64,000 nucleotides of DNA, from assembly GCF_001194135.2 (NCBI RefSeq), contig NC_068987.1, positions 47,562,122-47,626,121 on the forward strand, in the 5' to 3' direction. The notes under the pieces are model-generated. The model was not told the origin of the DNA, did not search any database, and worked only from the letters and a program-made list of their open reading frames with translations. Position numbers and translations under genes: made by a program. Origin of the DNA: Octopus bimaculoides (taxonomy: Eukaryota). Positions 62,042-64,000 of the stretch are shown one piece after another. The first letter of the stretch is position 1, and every line of letters begins with the position of its first letter.

Positions 62042-64000
62042 CTGTACAAATGATTTTATAGTAATCAAATGTTGCATTAGCTCTCTCCCTTCATCAAATC
62101 AATATTGCCTGAACAGGTGTATAGTGTGCTACATGTTAGGTGTTGAGATTGCTGAGCAACATAAGATGAAGTCTTTTGCTAGAGAACACAAGGCACCACC
62201 TGGTCCAGGAATTGAAACCATGATCTCAAGATCATGAGTGCAACACCTTAACTAATAGGCTATGCGCCCCCATACATATATAGATATGTATGTGTGAATT
62301 TGTATTTTCTAATTAATCAGAGAAGCTGCACATATGACATCACATGGTCATTCCACTTTCAGAATAAGATTAAGATTGACTTTTTTTGCATGTTCGTGTG
62401 TATGCATCAGTAAATATGTGCTCATGTATAAACACAAGTTTACATATGCATGCACATCATGAACAATATTTGTGCTTACCAATTAACCACCACTTATACA
62501 TACACACACAAATGCTTATTATTACCAACCCTATACACATGCACATACATCACAACACATCACTGTTAAATTTGAAATATAATTTCAAATTTAAAATACC
62601 ATTATTCACACACGCACACACACAGAAAATGCTTTCAGTTCATCCTATGATTTCACTGATTATGTCAGAGGAGGCAGATATGACCTTTAGCAGACCCAGA
62701 AATGCCTGTGTGTGTAAATTATTTATATACTGAGCATTCTGCAGCAAATATTTAAAACAATAGTGCAAGCTGCTGAAGTAGGAGGATAAGGAAGGGTGGA
62801 TGAAGAAACAGCAACAAATTATTGAGATTTATTTTCTTCCCATCACATCACCAAAACACCCAATTTTCCTGTCAATCTGTCAGAAATTCAACCCTGTTGA
62901 TGTTAACTCCCACTTCTTACTAGCCAAAGGATTATAAATTGTATGTTTTAGACAATATATAGTTTTATTTGAAGTTACAGCATCATTCCATCATTACTCT
63001 ATATTTTTTATTACTTGTAACAGCAATGACAGATTGTGGTGGTAACAATATACCTTGACTATTGCACTTTCAGCTACACATAAATATGAATAAACTCTGT
63101 TACATGTATGGGGGTACAGTTTCCTCAGATTAGGACACAATCTTATAATCTTTGTATGAATTTATATATATGTGTGTGTATGGTTTTATTTCAAATTATG
63201 TATAAGAATTTAATTTTAAACTGAAAGATTACTCTATACTTTTTAGTAGAGTATTAATTTATTAATTTTACAAGTAAACAGTTGACAATGGCTTCAAAGT
63301 TTCAGCTTGTTCATCATTGTCAGATGACATGTATGTATGAATATAGATTTTTTTGAGACCGACAGTTTGTCTTACAACTTGAGTTACATGCACCTGTTTG
63401 TCAAGCAAGAGTAGCAGCATGAAGCTCAAATCACAAGATACATTTTCAGCTTTAGTTTCAATAAAAATTATTTCCTCTATGACATGTTTTGAGCATTCCT
63501 CTCTCATTTGTCTGAAATAAATCAACATACACACATATATTTATATGTGTAGAGAGAGAGTTGGGAGGGAAAATGAAAAGATGGGCAGATGGTCAAAAAC
63601 AAGAATCATGGGTTTCACAAGTAAGTTGATACATGGCCAAGAAGTGTTGTAAGTGAAATCAGTCCAATTTATGCCAGTAGTGAATAAAGAAGCGAATCAC
63701 ATATATATCTTGGCTTTGCAAGTGAAGATTTATGAGAGGTATGTCTATGTTTGTTGTAAGCTTGCTGATGCCTGATGTGTCCAATTTGGGACAAACAGGC
63801 ATGACTGTAGAGGCTGTATGGGAAGTTAGACTGTTCAGCACTAGTTGTAGTATCCTTGTGTTTACTCCGTTTTCTCTTGCCTGCAAGGATGACCCTGCAG
63901 ATATCTTCACAGGAGGCTGTTACCTGGTGGACAGTGAGATGCTAGGCTTCATGGTCAGTGACAAGAGCAGACCACTGGTGGTGATCAATGTGGCTGGCAC

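Noticed and set aside
63268-63534. Minus ORF with a strong acceptor at 63512, phase-compatible with the 62041 exon
   Set aside because: The donor choice is ambiguous and the joined peptide is not protein-like, so it was left out of the gene model.
1-64000. CRISPR arrays, prokaryotic operons, rRNA genes
   Set aside because: None seen. The regularly spaced repeats are eukaryotic SINEs and minisatellites without unique spacers or cas genes.

Overview
AT-rich animal genomic DNA with six assembly gaps, almost certainly an octopus (coleoid cephalopod). This call rests on its tRNA-derived SINE families, dense microsatellites and a KRAB-less C2H2 zinc-finger gene. The only secure protein-coding gene is a minus-strand, single-coding-exon 10-finger C2H2 ZNF (CDS 7240->6317). 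Most of the window is transposon debris: several SINE families, RTE-, CR1- and L1/Tx1-type LINE fragments, a Gypsy integrase scrap, two mariners, one Tc1 and several MITEs. Standout observations: (i) a ~285-bp palindromic element whose 90-bp inverted arms enclose a complete tRNA-like cloverleaf (41.7-42.0 kb); (ii) a 132-bp near-perfect hairpin MITE with TTAGGG repeats and a perfect 8-bp TSD (10.06-10.19 kb); (iii) a candidate small Thr-rich GPI-anchored mucin-like gene built from phase-compatible minus-strand exons (55.3-62.0 kb); (iv) a ~600-bp inverted duplication with reciprocal junctions (26.2/31.5 kb); (v) an L1/Tx1 element with permuted domain order, a start-codon hairpin and a TAATG stop-start; (vi) a CpG-retaining island with back-to-back splice donors, a possible bidirectional promoter (11.6-12.6 kb). 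All family names come from by-eye motif recognition and no database was searched. Many boundaries are approximate.
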